A stretch of 64,000 nt of DNA from an uncultured delta proteobacterium (GTDB lineage: Bacteria; Desulfobacterota; Zymogenia; Zymogenales; Zymogenaceae): the NCBI GenBank assembly GCA_963792965.1, contig CAWBYW010000004.1, positions 64,001 through 128,000 on the forward strand. The letters are read 5' to 3'. How positions within the stretch are numbered: position 1 is the stretch's first letter; each line of letters starts with the position of its first letter. The notes beneath the pieces are model-generated. The model did not search any database and was not told where the DNA came from. It saw only the letters and a list, made by a program, of their open reading frames with translations. Of the stretch, positions 18,245 through 27,939 are shown in pieces. Both the position numbers and the translations under genes were made by a program.

Positions 18245-19338
18245 TCAGCTCTTTCCCGCGTTCTTGGCCGCGACGTGGAAGCGGATGCTGAGGATATCCC
18301 CGTCCTCGACGATGTAGTCCTTCCCCTTCAGGTAGTACTTCCCGGCGTCCTTGACCCTCGCCTCGTCCTTGAGGGCGATGAGGTCGTCGTATTTCATGAC
18401 TTCGGCCCGGATGAAGCCCCGCTCGAGGTCCGAGTGGATGACGCCGGCAGCCTGTGGGGCCGATGCGCCGGTGCTTACCATCCACTGGCGCACCTCGTCG
18501 GTCCCCACGGTGAAAAACGACATGAGGTCAAGCGCCGCAAGGCAGCGCCGGGTCAGCGCGTCGACGGCGGGCTCCGCAATTCCGAGGGCCGCGAGGTACT
18601 CCCCCCGCTCGGCGTCGTCCTCCAGGCGCGCGATCTCGGCCTCGAGCTTTGCCGAGACGATCATGGTATCGATCCCGAGCGGCAGGTAGCGCTCCGTGAT
18701 GCCTCGATGTCCTTATTCTTGATGTCGCCCTCCGACACGTTGACGGCCAGGATCATCTCTTTCATCGTGATGAAGGGATAGCCGGCGAGGAGCTTCGTCT
18801 CCTCCTTGTCGAGCGTGAGGAGGCGGAGCGGCTGCTCGCCTTCCAGCTGCGACTTCAGCTTCAAAAGGACCTCGCGCTCCGCCGCGGCGGCCTTGTCGTT
18901 GGTCCTCTTGATGTTGTGCTCGATCCTCTCCAGCCGCTTTTCCACGAACAACAGGTCGTTGATGATGAGCTCGGCGTTGACCATGTCGATGTCGCGCGTG
19001 GGGTCGACCGAGCCCTCCACGTGGTAGACCGCGTCGTCGGCAAAGGCCCGAACGACGTGGCAGAGCGCGTCGGCATCACTGATGTCGGCAAAGACCTGGC
19101 CCTTTGCCATCGTCTCTTTCTCGAGCTTCGGAAGCACCTCGATGTCTATCCGCGCGCGGGTGGCCTTTTCGGGGTGGTAGAGGGAAACCAGCACGTCGAA
19201 GCGCGGGTCCTTTATCTCGGCAAGGCCCTTGATGGGCTTATTCTGCGCCAGCTCCTTCTCGGAGGGCGCGTGGTGGGTCAACAGCTCGAAGAGGGTCTTC
19301 TTGCCCGACTGGGGAAGCCCGATGATACCTACTTTCAT
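18245..19338 (-). CDS. ychF: Redox-regulated ATPase YchF (frameshifts near 18680-18700)
   Basis: GLPQSGK, DALCHVVRAF, FFTVG..EVRQW, AGVIHSDLERGFIRAEV, GKDYIVEDGD. Confidence 0.92.
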
Positions 19339-19684
19339 GGCGGCGGTGTCTCTCCATTCAAAAAAAAGTCTCGGCGCCCGATTGCGCGCAGAGGGTTATA
19401 TGATTGGTCGGCCTCGTGAGCAGACTGCCGACTTCCGATTTTGGTAGGCCCGAATGGGGACTCCGGGGAAGGTCGCTCCCCCTGACAAAATCGAGACGCG
19501 GAGGGTTGTTTATTATCGCTACTATGATATCAAGGAGAGAGTGAGGACATGCACAAGGAGAGAATGCGGGCAGGGGGCGCGGCGCCCCTTGACAGGCGAC
19601 GATACGGTTACCATTATAATAGAGAGGGATGAGATATTCACGGCACCGGCCGGTGTCCGGCCGGGGCAGGAAAGGAGGAGAGCC

Positions 19685-20149
19685 ATGAAAGATAAAAAGA
19701 TAGAGCAGGTTTACGAGATCTTCATCCGCACCACGCCGGAGACGCTCTGGCGGGCGCTGATCGAGGCCAAGTTCACGGAAAAATATTTCTTCGGCACGTC
19801 GGTAAAGACGACCGCCAAAAAGGGGGATCCCATCTCCTACACGATGGAGGATGGCAGACTCGCCGTGGACGGCGTGGTGTTAGAGGCGGTGCCGCCGAAG
19901 AGGCTCGTGCAGACATGGGTCGGGCATTACGATAAAAAGCTCGAAAAAGAGACATCCATCGTACGTTGGGAGATCGAGAAGCGGGATGACGTCTGCAAGC
20001 TGACCGTCACCCACGACCTGACGGACGCCCCGGTACTGGCGGGGCACGTCGGCATGGAGGGCTGGAGCGTGGTGCTCTCCGGCCTGAAGACGCTCTTGGA
20101 GACGGGCGAGCCGCTGGTCATCAAGATGGCCCATGAGAACGCGGCATAG
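19685..20149 (+). CDS. SRPBCC/AHSA1-domain protein
   Basis: YEIFIRTTPETLWRAL, PPKRLVQTW, CKLTVTH, GWSVVLSGLKTLLETG. Confidence 0.88.
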   Translation: MKDKKIEQVYEIFIRTTPETLWRALIEAKFTEKYFFGTSVKTTAKKGDPISYTMEDGRLAVDGVVLEAVPPKRLVQTWVGHYDKKLEKETSIVRWEIEKRDDVCKLTVTHDLTDAPVLAGHVGMEGWSVVLSGLKTLLETGEPLVIKMAHENAA

Positions 20150-20277
20150 GCTGGCGCGGCGCGGGGCCTGAAATTATCGGGGGTCGGATCTGCGCCCGAC
20201 GTTGATTCCTTCCCGGCGGAAGGAGCCTATCAACAAGTCCGGGCGCACCTTTGACCCCCTTCTTACTTTACGGGTCG

Positions 20278-20910
20278 TCAGCTCGCGGTCGCGGTGTTGT
20301 CGCGTGCGGCCTCGTCCTGCAGCCGCGCGGCCTCGCCTGTCAGCCGCGCCAGGTGGTCCCGGACGTCGCGGGGCCAGCGCGTCGATCAGGTCCTTCAGGC
20401 GGACGTAGTCCCCGGCGTAGAGCGCGCGGGAGGCCTCCTGGAACCCGGGGAGGTTTCCCCCCATGACCCACATGAACTTCCCCGCGGCGTCCCTGGCCAT
20501 CGCGCGCCCGCTCTTTGGGGCCGCCGAGCTTCCGGGCCTCGTCGACCAGCCGCCGTATCGCGGCCGACGCCCCGCCGGATTGCGCGCCGAGCCACTCCCA
20601 GTGGCGCGGCAGAAGCGAGACCTCCTTGCAGACCACGCCCAGGCTGGGGCGGCCCGGCCCGCTCTTCGGCCGGGGGACGGGCTTGTCCTCGGCAAAGAGG
20701 GGGTGGGAGGCGAGCCGAGCCAGGGCCTCTTCCGGCGTGCCCCGGAGGTCGAAATCGACCTGCCGATCCTGTCCGGTCCTCGAAGATAAGGATCGGCGCG
20801 GGCTCTCCGCTGTCGATTTGCTCCATCGTTTTTCGTATCGTCGTGTCAACGTCCCCCGAGGCGATAAGCCGCTCCCCGGCGAACGCCGTAAATGTCCGTT
20901 CGGTCTCCAT
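20278..20910 (-). CDS. DUF2239 family protein (several frameshifts)
   Basis: TAFAGERLIASG, LIFEDRTG, DFDLRG, GRPSLGVVCKEVSLLPRHWEWL, GNLPGFQEASRALY, WPRDVRDH pieced across frames. Confidence 0.85.
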
Positions 20911-20984
20911 CGGTAACTCCTCTCGTGTAGATCACGTTGTCATTCAAATCCAGCGGCGTCTCCGCGCCGCATGCCAATGGAGTA

Positions 20985-21026
20985 ATTATACCAGGGTAAA
21001 ATAGGTTTGTCAATACTACCCGGGTA
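20985..21026 (-). promoter_or_regulatory. Consensus sigma70 promoter of the DUF2239 gene with two palindromic boxes
   Basis: Minus strand TTGACA (21013-21008)-N17-TATAAT (20990-20985); TACCAGGGTA at 20989-20998 and TACCCGGGTA at 21017-21026. Confidence 0.85.
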
Positions 21027-21127
21027 AAAATAAGGGGAAAGGGAAGAATATTTCCGCAAAAGACCTCACGTGTGCAATGAATAGGAATGCGGTGTAGGCA
21101 GGCGCGGTGTGGTTTCTAAATGCGGCA

Positions 21128-21204
21128 GGGTCAAATCTACGCGTGGTGCTGGTCACTCCCTGACGGAAGAACCGTATTAATAAGGCCAGCGTAGGTTTGA
21201 TCCC
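21128..21204. repeat. Long imperfect palindrome, copy 1
   Basis: GGGTCAAATCTACGCgTGGT...GCCAGCGTAGGTTTGATCC; 51/70 identical without gaps to 21669-21740. Confidence 0.8.
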
Positions 21205-21667
21205 GAGACCCAAGGCGTTTTCTAACTAACTTGAAATCTGGCTCGTGGCCGTCTTTAGGTTTTCCGTACCCAATCGCCATGAAAATTATGTATGCCGACC
21301 ACGCCAAGCTTACGGAAACAAAAATACACCAGAAACACACGTAGCAGCTATACGATATAAGTCTAATCCACAACTCACCGATGCACCAAAATATGAAAAG
21401 ATACGGATACCACTGCAAGAGACCTTTGCGAATCTTTCCCTTAGGGCCTTCCTGATATCTCAGTTGCCTAAAGCTTGCCGCGAAATAGACCGTTGATCCC
21501 GAAAGAATAAGCCCGAATAAACTTAGCCATATATCTGGATGTGAGTTTACGTATGTGAAGAATACGCCAATGGCAGTGAGGAATATCGTGGTAGTTGTCC
21601 ACAGAAGGGTATCGTAGTGTCTTGCCCAATCTTCTTTTGTCATTCTATACCGATTTGATAGTCCCAA
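21137..21667 (-). CDS. Hypothetical membrane protein, low GC
   Basis: About 4 hydrophobic segments (WARHYDTLLWTTTTIFL...); lies between the two palindrome copies. Confidence 0.6.
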   Translation of the reverse strand: MGLSNRYRMTKEDWARHYDTLLWTTTTIFLTAIGVFFTYVNSHPDIWLSLFGLILSGSTVYFAASFRQLRYQEGPKGKIRKGLLQWYPYLFIFWCIGELWIRLISYSCYVCFWCIFVSVSLAWSAYIIFMAIGYGKPKDGHEPDFKLVRKRLGSRDQTYAGLINTVLPSGSDQHHA

Positions 21668-21668
21668 A

Positions 21669-21740
21669 GTTAAATCTACGCGTGACGTTAGCCCCCTCCG
21701 GGCGAAAGAAATGTATTAGTAAGTCGAGCCTAGGTTTGGC
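21669..21740. repeat. Long imperfect palindrome, copy 2
   Basis: GTTAAATCTACGCGTGAC...GTCGAGCCTAGGTTTGGC. Confidence 0.8.
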
Positions 21741-21763
21741 CACTTAACCTTACAGCTTATAGG

Positions 21764-22054
21764 TTAGCCCTTAACAGCCTGTAGGGCAATCATAAAGGTC
21801 CCAAATCCCGTTAAAAGTAATATTGGAACCATGGAATAGCTATCCGGCGATTTTCCTGATCCTAGGACTCCAATAAAACCAGAAATCGCTGCACCTAAGA
21901 ACACCACCAAGCACACCGATATATTTTGTCCAGCGTTTTGCCGGCAGGCAGAATTTGTTAACATGATCAACATGAAGTTCTGAGACTTGCTCGAGCCCAT
22001 GTCTCTTTGAAAGCTTATACGATTCAAAATGAAAGGTCCGATATTTATCTTCAA
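21764..22054 (-). CDS. Hypothetical small membrane protein, low GC
   Basis: 96-aa ORF with two hydrophobic segments and a GAGG RBS. Confidence 0.4.
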   Translation of the reverse strand: MKINIGPFILNRISFQRDMGSSKSQNFMLIMLTNSACRQNAGQNISVCLVVFLGAAISGFIGVLGSGKSPDSYSMVPILLLTGFGTFMIALQAVKG

Positions 22055-22152
22055 ATACCTCTTTAAGGCTCTAAATGCCTTTGGGCTAAAGCAGGGTGTT
22101 TTATATTCTTGAGTTGGCCGTCAACCGATTCGAAGTTTCTTTTAGAACCACT

Positions 22153-22419
22153 TCATTTATCTTGTTTGTCATTTCCATCTCCTTCTTTCGTTAACCCCGC
22201 ATCAGTATTCACTACGTTCTGTATACCATTATCTTGTCTTGGTCTGCGTGGATTTATCGGGCTGGAATCCAGAGCTTGTAAAAATGCGGAGCTTATATCT
22301 TCGCTTAATAAATATATAGTAGACTTTCTCCTGCTAAATAAGTGCCTTACCCTAATCCCCACATATTTGACTAAATTTGAGTATTTTTTAACATGTTTAA
22401 CTGTTATAAATCTGTGCAT
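22153..22419 (-). CDS. Hypothetical protein, low GC
   Basis: 88-aa ORF with an AAGGAAAG RBS-like sequence; no recognisable motif. Confidence 0.3.
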   Translation of the reverse strand: MHRFITVKHVKKYSNLVKYVGIRVRHLFSRRKSTIYLLSEDISSAFLQALDSSPINPRRPRQDNGIQNVVNTDAGLTKEGDGNDKQDK

Positions 22420-22696
22420 GCTCTTTCCTTAGAAAAAAGGTTACCATACTATTTATGAATTACCATTTGTATCGTTGCCAATTATCTTATATTCTGTATC
22501 ATATATTAATTATAAAAACAAACAAAAAGCATTTTCGAAAGGTGGAATTTCATACCTTAAGAAGCTGACTATATGCTCGAAATCCGGAGGAGTTAAAATC
22601 CACGCTTGGTGTTAATCGCTTCTTGACGAAAGAAATATACTAAATAAAGTCAAGCGTGGAATCTAACCAGTCAAAAAAGGAGATGTAAGGAAATGG

Positions 22697-24197
22697 CTAA
22701 AAGAGCGGCCGTTGCACGATCGAAGAGGTCCTGGTTATGCCGCTTAAACAGTCTTCTACTGGCCTAATTGTACTCCTTCCCTCCTCTTCCGACAAAACCG
22801 ATGCAACCCAACAACAGCAGAGACCTTCCCAAAGGGTATCGCTACTTATTACGAGCTTTTGGCAACAAGACGAATCCATCCCTTATGGTCACTATAGGTG
22901 GTAGCTCGCTTACACGAATCAGCTACTTCCGTGTGCGTTCTACCAATGCGCTCGGCGACGCCCGACCATTCTTTTTTCTCAAGGCCAGAAAAGACAACTC
23001 TTTCTGGAGCGTCGTCTCCCGGCAACACATTGCAGCCAATCGTGGGTTCTTGGTCCCCGTCTAAGAAAACACAAGAAGGGCGCGGGAAACGATTTTCGTT
23101 AACCATCTGTCCTAAAGAGCATCCTACTTGTGCCGAACCGTACGGTATGAATTTACATCGTAGCACTGAATCTCTGCCATACTTATAGAGTATTTCTTTT
23201 AGAAGTGTTGCTGCTATAGGGTCTTCAACATAGACATCACATTCTGGATGTTTTTCTTCATCCATCATTGTCATCGCAAACTCAGGGCTTACTTCCCGGA
23301 CTATCGTCTTTGATCTATAGTTAACCGTCGAATCATTGATTATGTATAGTCTGCCATTTAACGGTAATTCTTCAAGTATATATGGCAAATGGGTAGTGAG
23401 AATAATTTGTAGGTCGAGCTGCGACATTTTTCCGCCAAATCCCTTATCAGTCGTCTTTGCGCTCTGGGGTGCAAGGAAGATTCCGATTTCATCAATCAAA
23501 ATAAGGCTGTACTTTTCTGGTTCCACCTGTAAGAGCTCCGCAACGGTTATTTCTCCCGCGCCTTGATGGAATCCGGAATAATGTCTTTCCTCCTGTTGTC
23601 CGAGGACAGGAACTCTTCTGTGTGCATCGAGATTAGTTTAAAGCCATATGTGCGGATTCATATTTCCTACCAACTATGTTCGATAATCTGTCCAAAACGG
23701 TCTTTTCAAAATTATTGGTTTCAGTTTCCTTCAATAACGGGTTCGCGAGCCTGCGATAGCCGGTTCTCGCGGAAACCGGCTGAATTCGACTCAAAGTCAA
23801 TGTACTCAACATGCCTTTCCGGTCGCTCCGGATTTCCCCGCCATCGGTCAGTTGGTTGCCCTTGATCGTCCTAATATCCGAATTCTTACCCTGCCAGTAC
23901 GAAAATTTTATGTTAATGTTTTGCAGAGTATCCCACGGAGTATCCGGAAAATAGTCCGAGGCGAATCGATTCACCCCCGGCGACTTATACACAGACGCAG
24001 CGCACTGGAGAATGGTACTTTTCCGGAACCGTTCTCTCCAATAAGGGCGACTATAGGGAATTGAAACTCAATTTTTTCGCCGCACCAGCCCCTAAGCCCG
24101 TCGATCTCAATCCATTCGAGGAATTGCGGCCAACCATTACCACCACCTCGAGTACTCCATTTGTTACTAGTTTTCTTACTTCACTGCTTAACGCCAT
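22697..24197 (-). pseudogene. OLD-like ABC ATPase/TOPRIM nuclease, multiply frameshifted
   Basis: Fragments MALSSEVRKL, FPIVALIGENGSGKSTILQ (Walker A), LILIDEI (Walker B), LTTH, VYVED...FLDGD (TOPRIM-like). Confidence 0.7.
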
Positions 24198-24450
24198 CTC
24201 AGACCTCACTGATGAGCCGGGGCATACCGGATCCAATAGGGTGTTAAAGACACTGCGAAGTGTGTTTAATACTTACAATAATGGTGCTATCATAGCATAA
24301 TACCGGTTCAAAGTCAAGTATAAAGCCACAGCTAAAATTGCGTTCGTACAAGTACGGTGCCCTCTTATGAGTAGGGGAGGGATTAATGCGCCAGGTTTGC
24401 TTACAATAAGGATGGATAAGAGTAAGATCAACCCGTAAAGCTACCCGTGT

Positions 24451-24580
24451 CTACACTTCCGGGTCGGTTTTCGACACCACCTGCCGGTAGTCGATGAACT
24501 CCACGGGCGCCAGGCACTCGGGGTAGAGCACGCCGGCGAACTTCTTGACCTCGGGCGATTCGGGGTGGATTCGATGGGCG
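24451..24580 (-). pseudogene. Orphan coding fragment at the edge of the low-GC islet
   Basis: HPESPEVKKFAGVLYPECLAPVEFIDYRQVV with host-like codons and no start codon. Confidence 0.45.
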
Positions 24581-24600
24581 CGGACCGGCGGGGGCGGGAG

Positions 24601-25215
24601 CTATCTCTTCTCTTTCTTCCTCGCCTTTTCCTCCCTGATCGCGTTGACGCGCATCACGAAGACCGGGTGCCATTTGACGACGTAGCCGCTTATCTCCCGC
24701 GACCCCACGATCAGTATCTCTTCTTCCATCAGGCTCTCGATGGCCTCGCTGACCATCTGGGGCGTCGTGTCGGAGTGGACGCCGCGCATCCCCTTGACGG
24801 CCGTGTGCGAGACGAGCACCTCCTGGCCGAGGTTTTCAAACGAGCGGACGTGGGTGGTCAAGAGGTAGTCGATGACCCGGTCCTGCAGGGTCGTCCCGCC
24901 GGAGACGTAGGCCTCCCGGATGAGAGAGGAGGCGTCGCCCTCCTTCTTGTCTTTGCGGGCCTTGAGCGCGCCGCGCCCGAGGTCGTGCTTGATGAAGCCG
25001 TCCACCTCCACGCGAGACTCGAAGACCTCGTAGCCGCCGGGGTGCGCGACGATGAAGAGGGGGGCCTGCTTGAACTCTTTCCTGACGATGGTGTAGGCTT
25101 TCTTCGCGGATTTTTCGCCCGAGGCGGGGGCGGCGTCGGCCTCGACGAGGACAGAGTCGTTTGTCTGCATGCGCCCGAGCGCTTCGAGCAACGCTTCCAG
25201 GGGGATACGATCCAT
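24601..25215 (-). CDS. Hypothetical protein, 204 aa
   Basis: Host-like codon usage, GGAGG RBS. Confidence 0.7.
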   Translation of the reverse strand: MDRIPLEALLEALGRMQTNDSVLVEADAAPASGEKSAKKAYTIVRKEFKQAPLFIVAHPGGYEVFESRVEVDGFIKHDLGRGALKARKDKKEGDASSLIREAYVSGGTTLQDRVIDYLLTTHVRSFENLGQEVLVSHTAVKGMRGVHSDTTPQMVSEAIESLMEEEILIVGSREISGYVVKWHPVFVMRVNAIREEKARKKEKR

Positions 25216-25370
25216 GGCTTGTGCCTCCGCGTGCGCGTGTTTCGTGGTATTTTACACGAAACGGGGGCGAATACAACCTATTTCATCTCCGCCCGTCACC
25301 GGGCCCCGTGGGGCCGGGAGCCAACGGCGGCCGGGCATACGCCGGGCGGTCGTTATCAGTGCCCCTTCTT

Positions 25371-25438
25371 CTTTTCCCTTGCCTTTTGTTCCGCCGATCC
25401 GCTACACTGCTTCGGAGATGATACCCATGAGGAATAGA
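25371..25438 (+). promoter_or_regulatory. Repeated promoter module, copy 1
   Basis: CTTTTCCC-TTGCCT-N18-TACACT; similarity to 26333-26400 extends into the first codons. Confidence 0.7.
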
Positions 25439-25518
25439 GCCAAGGGGTCACGTCTCCGTCTAATAACTCGTCACGTGTCAACACTCTTAGTGCCGGGGAC
25501 AGCTAAAGGGGAGGATAT

Positions 25519-25758
25519 ATGGGAAAAAACAAAATACACTTTGATTGGAGCATTGGCTTTTGGTCAGGAGTAGCTGTTATAAGCCTAATCAACATTACCT
25601 TATGTCTTTTCCATAAAAACCGGTTGGCTTTTGATTTCTACATATTAGGAGTTTCAATTATCGTACTCATTGTATTTGCGATAATCTTAGTTAGAAGAAA
25701 GAGAAAGGAAGGGGGGATGGACAAGAAGCCCAACAAAGACAACACTCTTATTGACTAA
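25519..25758 (+). CDS. Small 2-TM membrane protein, low GC
   Basis: GGAGG RBS, two hydrophobic helices, basic tail. Confidence 0.6.
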   Translation: MGKNKIHFDWSIGFWSGVAVISLINITLCLFHKNRLAFDFYILGVSIIVLIVFAIILVRRKRKEGGMDKKPNKDNTLID

Positions 25759-25835
25759 CTCGAACTGTGGTAAAGTTCTCGGGGGTAGGTCATAATTAGA
25801 TATTAGATACCATAATCCAAATCGAGGAGGAACTT

Positions 25836-26255
25836 ATGGGAAATCTATTGACCTCAATTATAGTTTTTTCCGGTATCTCTGTCGCCGCATTTCTTCTTTC
25901 CGGCCTTTTTCTATGGATAGGCACAACGCTATTTGGAGTTAAAAAGGAAATCCTCAAGAGAGCGCCTGTTGCTATGCTCGTCTCAAGTTTCTTTGTTTGG
26001 GGCGTGGCGCTGTTCTTTTTCGTTTTCGACAAAGCCCTGGGAACCGGCTTCGGCACCCTTCTCTTCTTCTGGATAGTCGCCATCGCAATTACTTTTCCAT
26101 TTCATAAGATCGCCCTTAGACTTATGTGGAACGAATCTATCGCTGTTTCGTTTTCCATGACCTTATCACATGTGATATTTATGATCCTCCTTGTCGGATA
26201 TTTTACGTTTGGCACAGTCAGTGTGACCTGCCACCCGGAAGCAAGTCCATGCTAA
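25836..26255 (+). CDS. Hypothetical 4-TM membrane protein
   Basis: GAGGAGG RBS, hydrophobic 139-aa ORF. Confidence 0.7.
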   Translation: MGNLLTSIIVFSGISVAAFLLSGLFLWIGTTLFGVKKEILKRAPVAMLVSSFFVWGVALFFFVFDKALGTGFGTLLFFWIVAIAITFPFHKIALRLMWNESIAVSFSMTLSHVIFMILLVGYFTFGTVSVTCHPEASPC

Positions 26256-26332
26256 GCGTTTGGGTTTGAGGAAGAATAGACACTCAGAAGAGAGCGAGTC
26301 TTCGTCAAACTTCTATTACCTTAAGCCGCTTT

Positions 26333-26400
26333 CTTTTCCCTTGCCTTTTGTTCCCCGTATCCGCTACACTGCCTCCGAGATGAAACTCAAGACGAATAGA
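26333..26400 (+). promoter_or_regulatory. Repeated promoter module, copy 2
   Basis: TTGCCT (26341)-N18-TACACT (26365). Confidence 0.7.
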
Positions 26401-26818
26401 AGCGGCAAAAAGAAGGCTATTCCGTCGACCTACTGCGCGGGGCGTGTCGGGATTGTCCTTGCCGTTTACGGCGTCGTCTATGCCGTTACTTCCACATGCC
26501 GGCCTGGACGAGCCGTTCGGGGTCGCCGCCTTAGGGATGGTCCTTGCCGTCGGCGGCTATTACACGCTCCTTGCGTTGTGGGCTATCATCAGGCCATTCA
26601 AAACGTTCAACGTGCTGCTCCTGGCAATCTCGGCGGCCCTCACCGTCTATTTTTCGATCAGGTCGGTCATCATCCCCGTAATCCACCGGGCGCCGGAAAC
26701 GCCGTTTTTTGCCGCATTGTTTTCGGCGCTCATCCATTCACCCGCGGCGATATTCCTGGTCGTGACGATTGCCCTTGCCGCCGCGCTGGTAAAACCCGCC
26801 AAGCCGACCAAGCCGTGA
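26380..26818 (+). CDS. Hypothetical membrane protein (frameshifted)
   Basis: MKLKTNR...VGIVLAVYGVVY joined to GVAALGMVLAVGGYYTLLALW... Confidence 0.5.
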
Positions 26819-26835
26819 CTCACGATATATCGGAA

Positions 26836-26907
26836 TTAAGGCAAGATCTCCTTTTTGGTAACGGAGAGGTATCTCGTCTCATGGCAGAACAGCAGCTTTC
26901 CGATAAG
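26836..26907 (-). pseudogene. Orphan gene 3' end, copy A
   Basis: LIGKLLFCHETRYLSVTKKEILP*; near-duplicate of 27812-27883. Confidence 0.65.
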
Positions 26908-26940
26908 GGGATTAGGGTCTTATCTCCCCTTTTGACGTTC

Positions 26941-26981
26941 AAAAAAGAAGGCCTGAAGGGCCCCGGTCTTTCAGGCCCTCC
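26941..26981 (-). terminator. Intrinsic terminator of the isochorismatase-family gene
   Basis: GGCCTGAA...TTCAGGCC hairpin with an A-run on the plus strand. Confidence 0.6.
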
Positions 26982-26988
26982 GGCTCGA

Positions 26989-27699
26989 TCAAGCTTCCGG
27001 CAATACCTCGAAGGTCTTGACGACGTTTTCCGTGCTAATGGAAATGCCCCACCCCGCGAATTTATCTATAACGGCCTGATAGCTTTCCTGGTAGTAGGTC
27101 GTGGTGGCGTCGGAGACCACGTTGGCGAAGTATCCTAAATCCAAAGCCACCCGGACGGTCGTATCGATGCATTCATCTGTCACGAACCCGGCGATATAGA
27201 GGACCTTAATTCCCATGTGATCCAGAACGCGGTCGAGAATGGTGCCCGTAAAGGCCCCGCTGACCGTCTTGGTAAGCACGATCTCCCCCGGGTTCGGCTT
27301 ACATTCGTCCAGAAAGCGGGACGCCTCGTTTCCCGGCGGAAGGATCCACTGTACAAGCTTATGGGCGAGACCGGCGTCACGGCCGTCCCCCGAGAGGGCC
27401 TCTATCTTGACGTGAATCGGGGGGATTCCATTTGCCCTGGCGGCGGCTAATAGCTTTTCGCAGGCGCCGAGGGCGGCATAAAAGCGGTGCCGGTAATCCG
27501 CGAGCGCCTCGTTCACCTCTCCCTCGGCCAGCCCTTTCGCTATGGCTTTCTTGGCTAGATGTTCGGGCGTTGCCAGACCCTGGATGTCGATCAGCAACAG
27601 GGCGGTGTTTTTCTTTGTCGGTGCGGGAAGGTACTGCAGGCCTTTTTCCGTAATTGTGTACGATGCGGCCATCACATCGGCCATGGTGACTTTACCCAT
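26989..27699 (-). CDS. Isochorismatase/cysteine hydrolase family protein
   Basis: Catalytic triad motifs LLLIDIQ, LTKTVSGAF, TDECIDTT. Confidence 0.9.
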   Translation of the reverse strand: MGKVTMADVMAASYTITEKGLQYLPAPTKKNTALLLIDIQGLATPEHLAKKAIAKGLAEGEVNEALADYRHRFYAALGACEKLLAAARANGIPPIHVKIEALSGDGRDAGLAHKLVQWILPPGNEASRFLDECKPNPGEIVLTKTVSGAFTGTILDRVLDHMGIKVLYIAGFVTDECIDTTVRVALDLGYFANVVSDATTTYYQESYQAVIDKFAGWGISISTENVVKTFEVLPEA

Positions 27700-27726
27700 T
27701 GTCCTCCTCCTTGGATATACAGAATT

Positions 27727-27800
27727 AAGGTGATACCATACCTTTAATTATGATCTTGAAACGTAGAAATGACAATTACAATTACGTATGGTGTCCCCTT
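27727..27800. repeat. MITE/REP-like element with GGGGACACCATAC-type inverted ends
   Basis: AAGGTGATACCATACCTTTAATT ... AATTACGTATGGTGTCCCCTT. Confidence 0.65.
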
Positions 27801-27811
27801 AGTTCCCGCCG

Positions 27812-27883
27812 TTAAGGAAGAATCTCCTTTTTGGTAACGTAGAGGTATCTCGTCTCATAGTAGAGTAGCAACCCTCCGATGGC
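27812..27883 (-). pseudogene. Orphan gene 3' end, copy B
   Basis: AIGGLLLYYETRYLYVTKKEILP*. Confidence 0.65.
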
Positions 27884-27939
27884 CGAAATCATGCCGTCCT
27901 GCTTATCTTCGCGGCCCCCTAAGAGACGGAGCATATCTA

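Noticed and set aside
21128-21790. Classical integron attC sites
   Set aside because: The hairpin ends lack RYYYAAC/GTTRRRY, the nearby GGCTAAC...GTTAAGT pair is too close together, and no intI is present. Kept only as an analogy.
26836-27883. Repeat pair as a diversity-generating retroelement TR/VR
   Set aside because: The mismatches are not adenine-specific and no reverse transcriptase is present in the window
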